From Gemmatimonadales bacterium (GTDB lineage: Bacteria; Gemmatimonadota; Gemmatimonadetes; Gemmatimonadales; GWC2-71-9): a stretch of DNA of 64,000 nucleotides. Below are positions 1 through 8,103 of this stretch, in pieces (position 1 is the first letter of the stretch; the number at the start of each line of letters is the position of its first letter). The stretch is from NCBI GenBank assembly GCA_038321865.1, contig JBBQFH010000008.1:1-64000 (forward strand), written 5' to 3'. The position numbers and the translations under genes were made by a program. The notes under the pieces were generated by a model. The model worked only from the letters and a program-made list of their open reading frames with translations. It did not search any database and was not told where the DNA came from.

Positions 1-396
1 AGCGGCCTGCTGCTCGGCTCGTCCATCCGCGAGAAGGGGCCCGCCGTGCCCGCCGAGGTCGGGCGGCCCCTCAGCTCGGCGGAGCGGGCCGGACGGGCGC
101 TGTACCGATCCCAGAAGTGCAACGATTGTCACAAGATTGGCGGCGAAGGCGGTAAGAAGGGCCCGGAGCTGGGCGGAATCGGCCTGCTCCATTCGCCCGG
201 ATGGATTCACAGTTTCATTGAGCGTCCGGCGATGTTCCGGGGGGACACGACGGAGATGCCGGCTTTTGGCCCGCCGGCGCTTACCCATCAGCAAATCGAA
301 GAGCTGGCTCAGTATCTCGCATCGCTCCGGGGCAAGGAGGGAATGGTCGTCCAGCCGGAGTTCCATGACACGTTTCCAGCGCCGCGGGCACCTTGA
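1..396 (+). CDS. Cytochrome c domain protein, 5'-truncated by window edge (possibly C-terminus of a cytochrome b/c subunit)
   Basis: Frame open from base 1 (SGLLLGSSIREK...); CNDCH heme motif; GPEL...W...P and MPAF typical of class I cyt c. Confidence 0.8.
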   Translation, partial: SGLLLGSSIREKGPAVPAEVGRPLSSAERAGRALYRSQKCNDCHKIGGEGGKKGPELGGIGLLHSPGWIHSFIERPAMFRGDTTEMPAFGPPALTHQQIEELAQYLASLRGKEGMVVQPEFHDTFPAPRAP

Positions 397-499
397 GCGA
401 GACTTCAGGCGGCCTGCATGATTTCTTCAAATGGAGACGACTAAGGTCATAAGGAGAATGGGGCAGGGTGAGCTATCTATTTCAGCAAGGAGCACTTCG

Positions 500-1792
500 A
501 TGCGGATGCCTTCTATGGTGCTCTTCGCCAGCCTGGTCGGGCTCACCGTAGCCCCGGCTGCGCACGCGACCGGCGTGACGAAACCATCAGACGGCACCCC
601 TTCCGCCCTCGCCCATGCGGTCTCGCGCTATGTTCACGCCGTTCACGCGGGCGGTATCCCCGCGTGGGCCCGCCGGTACAACGTCAATTGCTCCTACTGC
701 CACACCCCCGCGGTACCTCGACTGAATGAGCTCGGCATGCGGTTCAAATGGGCCGGGTATCGTATGCCGGAAGACATCGACAGCACCGACAAGGTCGATG
801 TCGGCAAGGTGCAGAACTACATCGCGGCCGCCGCGCAAATTCAATATGACTGGGAGAAGACCGCGGGGGCACCGACCACGGCGAGCGGCTTCTCGCTGCC
901 CGCCATCACGCTATTCTATGCCGGGCCGTTCGGACACAATCTCTCCGCATTTCTCGAGGTGCAACACGGGGCCGAAAATGAAATCGAGCGTGTGGCCCAG
1001 GTGTCTGTGCTCTGGGGCAACCAGCGCCGGTATGGCGGCGCCCGCTTCGGGCAGATGCACTACCTGGCCGAGTGGGGCGTAGCGGGATTTGATCGCCCGA
1101 TCGGCATCAGCGCGCCGCTCGCGATCGAGGGCCCCATCACCAACGGAGTGCCCTTCACTTTGGGGGAGCACCAGCTCGGCGTCGAAGCGTTTTACGTCGT
1201 GGGGCCGAACCGGCTTTCGGCGGAGATCCTGAACGGCGTCAACGCCCAGGGAATGGGCGCCGTCAGCGACGCGGACACCCGGAAGGACCTGGTGCTCACG
1301 GACCAGGTGCTGATCGATCATGCGGGATCGGGAATCCAGGGCGTGGCGTACTACGGCTCGATCGTAGGCCTCGACCCCTCATCCGCCGGGCTGAACACCC
1401 ACTTCTGGCGACTCGGGATCACGGCGAACAAAATTTTCAACCGGTTCGAGGCGCTCGGCGCACTGATCTACGGGAAGGATAGCAATCTGCCGCTCGGCGG
1501 AACGTCCCCTTTCCTAACGAGCACCAACAAAGGGCTTGGGTACTGGTTCTCGGCGCAGTATACGCTGCTCCAGGGAACCGAGCCGTCGCTGACCCTGTTC
1601 GGGCGATACGAACACGTCAATCCCAACACGGCCGAGTCTGACCAGACCAACCGGAGGTTCGTCGCCGGCGCCGTATTGCCGATCAATCTGCCTCAGTACC
1701 TCCGGTGGGCGCTGGAGTACCGGCGTGACTTCCCTCAAGGCGGGGGCCCAAAGACGAACGCCATCAGTACCCAGGTATGGCTCAACTTCTAA
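500..1792 (+). CDS. Cyc2-like outer-membrane cytochrome c-porin fusion
   Basis: RBS AAGGAG 487-492; signal peptide; IPAWARRYNVNCSYCH..PRLNELGMRFKWAGY fits the Cyc2 N-terminal motif; amphipathic beta-strands; ends in Phe (QVWLNF). Confidence 0.75.
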   Translation: MRMPSMVLFASLVGLTVAPAAHATGVTKPSDGTPSALAHAVSRYVHAVHAGGIPAWARRYNVNCSYCHTPAVPRLNELGMRFKWAGYRMPEDIDSTDKVDVGKVQNYIAAAAQIQYDWEKTAGAPTTASGFSLPAITLFYAGPFGHNLSAFLEVQHGAENEIERVAQVSVLWGNQRRYGGARFGQMHYLAEWGVAGFDRPIGISAPLAIEGPITNGVPFTLGEHQLGVEAFYVVGPNRLSAEILNGVNAQGMGAVSDADTRKDLVLTDQVLIDHAGSGIQGVAYYGSIVGLDPSSAGLNTHFWRLGITANKIFNRFEALGALIYGKDSNLPLGGTSPFLTSTNKGLGYWFSAQYTLLQGTEPSLTLFGRYEHVNPNTAESDQTNRRFVAGAVLPINLPQYLRWALEYRRDFPQGGGPKTNAISTQVWLNF

Positions 1793-1856
1793 TCGCGTAG
1801 TCACAGCGATCTCTCGGGCCGCGGCGAGTCCGTGGCCTCCTCGCTTGGAGAATGGC

Positions 1857-2210
1857 ATGACAACCAGGAATCTTTTGGTAGCGGTGACGCTGGTCAGTGT
1901 GGTGCTGGCTGGACGCGCGACGGCCCAGCAGCCAAATGGCCAGTCGATCTTCCGCGAGGAATGCAAGCAGTGCCACGGCATCAACGGGGTGCCGGCCGCA
2001 CGCGACCGGGTGAAATACAAGAAAATCAAAGCGTTCGGGCAGGACGGCTTCGGCTCGACGCTCTCAGTCGATTCCATCGTAAAGATCCTCAGAAAGGGAA
2101 TCGACAAGGACATGAAGTCCTTCGCCGACAAGCTTGAGGAGCCCGAGATGCGGGCGGTAGCGGCGTACGTGAAGGAGCTCGGCGAGAAATTCAAGGCGAA
2201 GAAAGCCTAG
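1857..2210 (+). CDS. Periplasmic monoheme cytochrome c
   Basis: GGAG RBS, signal peptide (..ATA-QQ), CKQCH, distal Met in DMKSF. Confidence 0.85.
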   Translation: MTTRNLLVAVTLVSVVLAGRATAQQPNGQSIFREECKQCHGINGVPAARDRVKYKKIKAFGQDGFGSTLSVDSIVKILRKGIDKDMKSFADKLEEPEMRAVAAYVKELGEKFKAKKA

Positions 2211-2286
2211 CACGCGGAGCGTGACGGCGGGCGGCGACGACGGCTTCGTTCGTCCTGAAGCTGGAAGGGGACAGATCGGCATGTAG

Positions 2287-2538
2287 GTGTCCGGATTCCC
2301 CGTCACGAACTCACAGATGTCGATGATGAGTGATCAGATGAAATCGTCGATGCCGGGAGAGATGAACGACATGCAGACCCACCTTGCTGCGCTCGGCGCA
2401 CATCTCACCGCGCTCGAGACGGAAATGCAGGCCGGCACACCGGCTCCCGCGAAAGTCTCGGAACATACCGCCGAGATCCTCAAGCTCTGCGAAGGCATGA
2501 TGCGGATGCCCGCCAAAGCCAAGGCACACGCCATGTAG
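2287..2538 (+). CDS. Met-rich helical hypothetical protein, possibly an N-terminally truncated remnant
   Basis: 83 aa ORF rich in Met/His, no signal peptide, in-frame TAG immediately upstream. Confidence 0.35.
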   Translation: MSGFPVTNSQMSMMSDQMKSSMPGEMNDMQTHLAALGAHLTALETEMQAGTPAPAKVSEHTAEILKLCEGMMRMPAKAKAHAM

Positions 2539-2561
2539 GCATCAACGGCGCTCACAGAGCG

Positions 2562-4457
2562 TCAAGGCGCCGTGGGCCCGACGTCGATCACCATCATCAG
2601 CCCACCACCCCCATTGGTCTCCACGTTGTTGTTGGTGGTGTGATGCGGGATGTGGCAATGGATCAGCCATTTGCCCGGACGTCGCGCGGTCCACAGTACG
2701 TCGTAGCGCTGGCCGGGTCCGACGTTCACGACATCCGCCAGGTAGCGCTGGGCGGGCGCGAGCGTCTGGCCATCGATGGCCACGACCTGAAACGGCCCCC
2801 CGTGGATGTGAATGGGATGGATCATGCCGTTATTGGTGCCGATGAAACGAACTTTGAGGGTCTCGCCGACTTTCATCGCGATCGTTTCCGTGGCAGGATA
2901 CGCTTTGCCGTTTATCGTGAAGTAGTTCGGCTGGCCCCCGTCCATCGGCATCGCCGGATACGTCAGCCCCTCCCGCTTCAGCCACTCCTGCAGCTCGATG
3001 ACATGATCGTAGTCCGCGTGGATTTCGTCAGCCGGATCTGTCGGATCGATGATGAAGGCGCCATAGAGGCCCAGCGCCTGGGTGCGATCCGGATTGGCGT
3101 GCGGGTGGTAGAAGTACGTTCCGCACTGCTCAGCCGTGAATTCATAGGCGTAGGAGCCACCCGGGCGGATTGGCGCCTGGGTGATGTACGCGGGCCCGTC
3201 CATCTGGTTGGGCAGGATCAGTCCGTGCCAGTGCACGGTCGTCTCCGCGGGCAGCGCGTTGTGGACGTTGATGCGGACCCGGTCACCCTGGCGGATGTGG
3301 ATGCGCGGTCCGGGAATCTGGCCGTTGTATGCGTATGCATCCACGGTGATGCCGGGCAGGATGGTCCAGCGAATGACCGACGGAGTCAGGTCGAACACCT
3401 TGACGGCGCCGTCCATCCGGAACGGCAGCTCCCGGTCGCCGCGGACATTCAGCCCGTACGAGGCTGTGATGTCGTTGGGGTTGGCCGCCGCCATGTCCCG
3501 CATCGCGTCGGCCGGCGTGTCGCGGTCCATGATCATGCCCGGTGGCATGATCGCGCCGCCCACATCCCGGGCCGACAGCGTGAGATTCACCCAATTTGCC
3601 GGAGCGAGAGCGCCGACGAGGAGAGCCACCAGCGACACACCGCCCAGCGCGAGCTGCTGCGTCGCGGTCGCGTCGGACGCCATCTCCATCGGCATTGCGC
3701 CTGTCCGCATGGTATCGTGATCCATGGCACCGTGGCTGCCATGTTTCGCGGGACCGGCCTTGACGTTCGCCACCTCGAACCTCGAGCCCGGCTTCCGCTC
3801 GGTCATGAGTCCGTGCTTGAGCCGCTTGGCGACCATCCAGACGTTTGAGGGATAGGCGAGCGCGAATCCCGCCATTACTCCCACGGACATGACACCCCAG
3901 AACAACAGCTCGCCCGGCTGCATCGCCCTCATGTCCCGGCCCATCATGAGGAACGCCATGACCGGCGCCATCCCCGCCATCATGAAGTTCATGCTGATGA
4001 ATTCCGGCACGAAGCTTCGCCGGACATTCTCGGCGTACGTCCCACCCATCATCGACTGCATAAAGAGGGACTGAAAAATCAGGAGCCCGCAGGCGAACCC
4101 CGCGCAGTACTCCACGATGAAGTCGAGCCACATCGGGAGGCCCAGCGCGGCGGTGATGACCGCCGCGAGAATGATCCCGGTCGCGTCGCCCGCAATGCAG
4201 TGGATGGTCGATCCGATGCCCTGCTTCCAGAGAGGCGCGACGAAGGTCTCGTGTTCGCCAGGGCGCGGCTCCTTGTCGGCCAGTACGTACAGCAGGAGGC
4301 CGAGCGGGCCCGTGTAGAGCGTGACCAGGATGAAGCCCCACTTCATCACCACCGGTTCCGGGTTGTTCCGGTACTGGTCGATGGCGACGTAGAGCGTCGA
4401 GGCGCCGGCCAAAACGAACCAGGCCAGGAGGAAGTAGTCGATCGGGCGAATCAACAT
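2562..4457 (-). CDS. Two-domain multicopper oxidase fused to an N-terminal DUF4396-like membrane domain
   Basis: HWHG, YFYHPH, HPIHIHG and HCHIPHH Cu ligands; multi-TM N-terminus with HCIAGD; His/Met-rich linker. Confidence 0.85.
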   Translation of the reverse strand: MLIRPIDYFLLAWFVLAGASTLYVAIDQYRNNPEPVVMKWGFILVTLYTGPLGLLLYVLADKEPRPGEHETFVAPLWKQGIGSTIHCIAGDATGIILAAVITAALGLPMWLDFIVEYCAGFACGLLIFQSLFMQSMMGGTYAENVRRSFVPEFISMNFMMAGMAPVMAFLMMGRDMRAMQPGELLFWGVMSVGVMAGFALAYPSNVWMVAKRLKHGLMTERKPGSRFEVANVKAGPAKHGSHGAMDHDTMRTGAMPMEMASDATATQQLALGGVSLVALLVGALAPANWVNLTLSARDVGGAIMPPGMIMDRDTPADAMRDMAAANPNDITASYGLNVRGDRELPFRMDGAVKVFDLTPSVIRWTILPGITVDAYAYNGQIPGPRIHIRQGDRVRINVHNALPAETTVHWHGLILPNQMDGPAYITQAPIRPGGSYAYEFTAEQCGTYFYHPHANPDRTQALGLYGAFIIDPTDPADEIHADYDHVIELQEWLKREGLTYPAMPMDGGQPNYFTINGKAYPATETIAMKVGETLKVRFIGTNNGMIHPIHIHGGPFQVVAIDGQTLAPAQRYLADVVNVGPGQRYDVLWTARRPGKWLIHCHIPHHTTNNNVETNGGGGLMMVIDVGPTAP

Positions 4458-4493
4458 GAGAGACCCGGGCGAAGGCTGGGTGCCCGCAAAAGG

Positions 4494-4847
4494 TCAGGCC
4501 GCCATCCGGCGGCAGGACTCCGCGCACCGGCGGCAGAGCTCCGCGCAGCGGCGCATCATCTCATCCTCTGGCATACGCTCACAGTCCGCCGCGCAGCGCT
4601 CGCACGCCTCGGCGCAGACGCCGCACACCTTCGCATGGAGCGTCGAGCTCCGGAGCATGAAGTCGGCGCTCATTTCGCACGCCTTGGCACAGTCCATCAT
4701 GATTCCGATGTGGCTGGAGTCGGCATGCTTACCACCCTTCTCAAGGCAATGCGCAATCGTGGCGGTGCAGGTCGCGTAGCACTCCTGGCAGTTCCGCGCA
4801 CACTCCATCATTTCAGTCCCCATGCCGGCCATATTCATTGGGTGCAT
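4494..4847 (-). CDS. Four-helix-bundle copper storage protein (Csp3/DUF326-like)
   Basis: 16 Cys in CxxxC/CxxC helical repeats, no signal peptide. Confidence 0.85.
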   Translation of the reverse strand: MHPMNMAGMGTEMMECARNCQECYATCTATIAHCLEKGGKHADSSHIGIMMDCAKACEMSADFMLRSSTLHAKVCGVCAEACERCAADCERMPEDEMMRRCAELCRRCAESCRRMAA

Positions 4848-4985
4848 CGTATCACCTGTCTCGATTGGGTGTGCGTGATTGGGAGCGCCGGTGCGTCCGG
4901 CGGTCGCGGAGAGGGTGCGGCGCCGACGTTCCGCGGCGCGACCCGACGCAAAGATGCAGAGGCACGACAGCCGATGGCACCGAGT

Positions 4986-4999
4986 TCAAGAATTCTTAA
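4986..4999. promoter_or_regulatory. TCAAS-N4-STTAA motif, copy 1 (upstream of csp-mco)
   Basis: TCAAG AATT CTTAA; same motif at 7140 and 11040. Confidence 0.5.
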
Positions 5000-6419
5000 C
5001 GCGGACGGGGCCGCTGAAGCGCCGACGCTTCGGCGCCAGCGGAAGGACGACACGAAAGCTTGCGCCCGGATGGTTACCCAGGAACTCCACCTTGCCGCCA
5101 TGCGCCTGCGCCCCCGCCTGAGCGATCGCGAGCCCCAGACCCACACCGTCGGCGCGCGGTCGCGCGGGGTCGCTCCGGTAGAAACGGGTAAACAGCTGTT
5201 CAGCCTGAGCGGCGTCGATCCCCGGGCCGTCGTCGGTAACCGTGAGCCCGACGGCGCCGTCCGACTCAACGTGGGCCCAGACGGTGCCGCCCGGCCGGCC
5301 GTACTTGATGGCATTGTGCAGCAGATTCCCGACGACGCGCTCAAGAAGCGCGGCATCTCCCTGCACGAGTCCGCCTAGACCGTCCACCTGCACGGTCACG
5401 TCCCGGCCCTCGGTCAGGGGGCGATATCGTTCGACGATTCGGTCAACCATCGCCCGAATGTCGACCTCGCTCTCGTCCTCGACCAGCACGCCGGCATCGC
5501 TGCGCGCCAGAACGAGCAGGCCGCCGGCCATCCGCGACAGCCGGAGCACCTCCTCGCGGCAACGGCTCAACGTCGCCTGATATTCTTCCGGCGTCCGCTC
5601 GCGGCGGAGCGTCACCTCGATGTCGCCTTGCAGCGCCGTGAGGGGGGCACGGAGTTCGTGGCTGGCGTCGGCCGTAAATCGGCGCTGCACCTGAAAGGCG
5701 TTGTCCAGCCGGTCCAGCATGCCATTCAGCACGGTGGTGAGCCGGCCAAACTCCGCGACGTCGGCGTGGGCGGTGATCCGTTCCGACAGCGTTCCCGCTT
5801 CGATGGCTTCCGCCTGATCGGTGATCTCCCGCGTCGGACGGAGGGCCACACCCGCCATTCGCCACGCGACCAGGTAGGCGCCGCACGCGCCCAGCAACGC
5901 CAGCGCGGCCACCAGCGCGCTGAACTGCGACAGCGTGCGGCGGAGGGGTTCGGTCGGCGCCGCCACCTGGAGGACGTGCACCCCATGCGCGGCGCCGACG
6001 AGCTCGAGCGGGTACACCACGCTTCGAAGCCGCTGCCCGCGCCACCGGTATGTCGCCCAGGCAATCCGGCCCCCGCGCGCGGTCGCGAGTGCGCCGGAAG
6101 GCAGGCTCAGTGCAGCCGTGAGGTTCCGGCTCCGCACCAGCGGCTGACCGGCGCTGGACCAGAGTTGCGCGTAGCGGGTGAGCTCATTGGTTGCTCCCTC
6201 CCTGGCCGCCAGAAGCACCCCTTCGTGAAATTCAAACTCCGAGCCCGTCGCGGCGGCTCCCGCCTGTGCCTCGACCTCGGCCAGGTGCAATAAGGTGCCG
6301 TCGAGCTCATGATAAAGGATTGTCTGCAGGGCCAGCACGCTTGCGACACTCACCGCCGCCAGCAGCGCGAAGACGCCGGCGGCCATGCGGACGGCCAGTG
6401 AGACACGAAAGGAGCGCAC
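4986..6419 (-). CDS. Heavy-metal sensor histidine kinase (CusS-like)
   Basis: Two TM helices, HAMP, RFTADASHELRAPL H-box, NAIKY, DDGPGI, GVGLGL. Confidence 0.9.
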   Translation of the reverse strand: MRSFRVSLAVRMAAGVFALLAAVSVASVLALQTILYHELDGTLLHLAEVEAQAGAAATGSEFEFHEGVLLAAREGATNELTRYAQLWSSAGQPLVRSRNLTAALSLPSGALATARGGRIAWATYRWRGQRLRSVVYPLELVGAAHGVHVLQVAAPTEPLRRTLSQFSALVAALALLGACGAYLVAWRMAGVALRPTREITDQAEAIEAGTLSERITAHADVAEFGRLTTVLNGMLDRLDNAFQVQRRFTADASHELRAPLTALQGDIEVTLRRERTPEEYQATLSRCREEVLRLSRMAGGLLVLARSDAGVLVEDESEVDIRAMVDRIVERYRPLTEGRDVTVQVDGLGGLVQGDAALLERVVGNLLHNAIKYGRPGGTVWAHVESDGAVGLTVTDDGPGIDAAQAEQLFTRFYRSDPARPRADGVGLGLAIAQAGAQAHGGKVEFLGNHPGASFRVVLPLAPKRRRFSGPVRVKNS

Positions 6420-6422
6420 GGG

Positions 6423-7097
6423 CTACGAATCGAGGCGGAGCGAGTAGCCTGCACCGCGGATCGTCTGGATCACGCGGGCTTCGCCGCCGTCCTCCAGCTT
6501 CCGCCGGAGGTTCGAGACGTGCGCGTCCACGACGTTGGTTTCGGGATCGAAGGACATGTCCCATACCTTCTCGAGCAGATTGGTCCGGGTGAGCACCTCG
6601 TCGCGATGAAGCAGAAAATGCTCGAGCAGCCGGAACTCACGCGGCGAGAGCTCGAGCACACGCGCGCCCCGCCGCACCGAGCGCCGCAGCCGATCCATCT
6701 CCAGATCTGCAAAGGCGAGCAGGCCGGTGACGCCGCCGGACTGCCGGCGTGTGAGCGCCCGGACCCGCGCCAGGAAGACATCGAACGCGAACGGCTTCGT
6801 CAGGTAGTCGTCCGCCCCCGCATCGAGCCCCCGTATCACGTCCTGCGACGAATCGCGAGCCGTCAACATCAGAATCGGCGTCTCGATGCTCTCCCGGCGA
6901 AGCGCGGAGCAGAGCTGAAGTCCGTTTCGTCCCGGGAGCTGGACGTCCAGCACGATGAGGTCATAGGGGTTCAGGTGGCTCAACTGGGCGCCTTCGTTGC
7001 CGTCCAACGCCAGATCGACCGCGTGTCCCTCCTCTTCGAGTCCCTGCTTCAGGAATCGCGCGGTCTTCCGATCATCTTCGACGATCAGGATGCGCAC
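6423..7097 (-). CDS. OmpR-family heavy-metal response regulator (CusR/CopR-like)
   Basis: MRILIVEDD, LDVQLP, GADDYLTKPF, ETNVVDAHV, IQTIRGAGY. Confidence 0.92.
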   Translation of the reverse strand: MRILIVEDDRKTARFLKQGLEEEGHAVDLALDGNEGAQLSHLNPYDLIVLDVQLPGRNGLQLCSALRRESIETPILMLTARDSSQDVIRGLDAGADDYLTKPFAFDVFLARVRALTRRQSGGVTGLLAFADLEMDRLRRSVRRGARVLELSPREFRLLEHFLLHRDEVLTRTNLLEKVWDMSFDPETNVVDAHVSNLRRKLEDGGEARVIQTIRGAGYSLRLDS

Positions 7098-7139
7098 GGC
7101 GGCTCGGCCACGACGAGGTCGGACTGGATCATGTGCTCC

Positions 7140-7153
7140 TCAAGAGACGTTAA
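7140..7153. promoter_or_regulatory. TCAAS-N4-STTAA motif, copy 2 (between regulator and barrel operon)
   Basis: TCAAG AGAC GTTAA followed by -10-like TATCAT at 7187-7192. Confidence 0.55.
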
Positions 7154-7242
7154 TCTGCCGTTGAGCTAATCGTAATCTCCGTCGGGTATCATTGGGTCCA
7201 GGTCCACGGCGTTCGGTACCCTGCCTCAGGTTGAGTCGCGTC

Positions 7243-8103
7243 ATGCCATTGATCAGGCTGATCACAAGATGTTTGCGCACGAGTCTCCCGGGGCTTTGCC
7301 TGACGCTGGGCCTCACCCGGGCCGCGGCGGCGCAAATCGACTACCGGAACCTTGACGACGACCGCCCGACGACCATCGAAGACGCCTACCCCATCGAGCG
7401 GTATGCATTCGAAATCCAGGCTCCGTACCGCTACGAACGGGTGGCCGGCGGAAGCGAGCTGCACCTCACCGTGCCCGAACTGGAGTACGGCCTCGCGAGC
7501 AACGCACAAATCGGCTTCAACGTGCCGTTCGCCTCGGTGCGCGGCCGAGCGGACGTCGTCGGACCGGATGGAAGCATACAGCAGATCGGCAGCTCGCGAA
7601 CCGGGCTGGCCGGCCTGAAGGTCTTTGGACTCTACAACTTCAACACCGAAGGGCGACTTCTCCCCGCCGTTGCGATTCGCGGGGATGTGAGTTTTGGCGT
7701 CGGGGCGCTGGGCGGCCGCGGAACGCGCGCAGCACTCAAGGCCATCGCCACCCGCAGCTGGGGAGCAACCCGTATTCACCTCAACCTGGCGCGAGGCTTC
7801 GGATCGGAAACCGGCCTTGGAGCCGCCGATCCCCTCAGCCGCCTGACCTACGGCGGCGCGATTGACCGGACCTTCCTCCGCCAGAGCATGCTCCTGATTG
7901 GCGAGATTTACGCCCGCCAGTCCCTTGCCGGCGCCCCCACCGAAGTCAACGTCGGCGTCGGTGTCCGCTATCAGTGGCGGACGGCCACGGTACTCGATAT
8001 TGGCGTCAGCCGCCGGCTCCGTGCTCTGGGGCCGGACCTCGCGCTGACAATTGGACTTGCGCACGCCTTCGGCGTGGCCGGGCTCATGCCCGGACACCGG
8101 TGA
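7243..8103 (+). CDS. Outer-membrane beta-barrel (putative transporter, MetA-pathway/PF13557-like)
   Basis: Signal peptide (..AAA-QIDY), alternating beta-strand pattern, HLNL motif; resembles 47732-48538. Confidence 0.6.
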   Translation: MPLIRLITRCLRTSLPGLCLTLGLTRAAAAQIDYRNLDDDRPTTIEDAYPIERYAFEIQAPYRYERVAGGSELHLTVPELEYGLASNAQIGFNVPFASVRGRADVVGPDGSIQQIGSSRTGLAGLKVFGLYNFNTEGRLLPAVAIRGDVSFGVGALGGRGTRAALKAIATRSWGATRIHLNLARGFGSETGLGAADPLSRLTYGGAIDRTFLRQSMLLIGEIYARQSLAGAPTEVNVGVGVRYQWRTATVLDIGVSRRLRALGPDLALTIGLAHAFGVAGLMPGHR

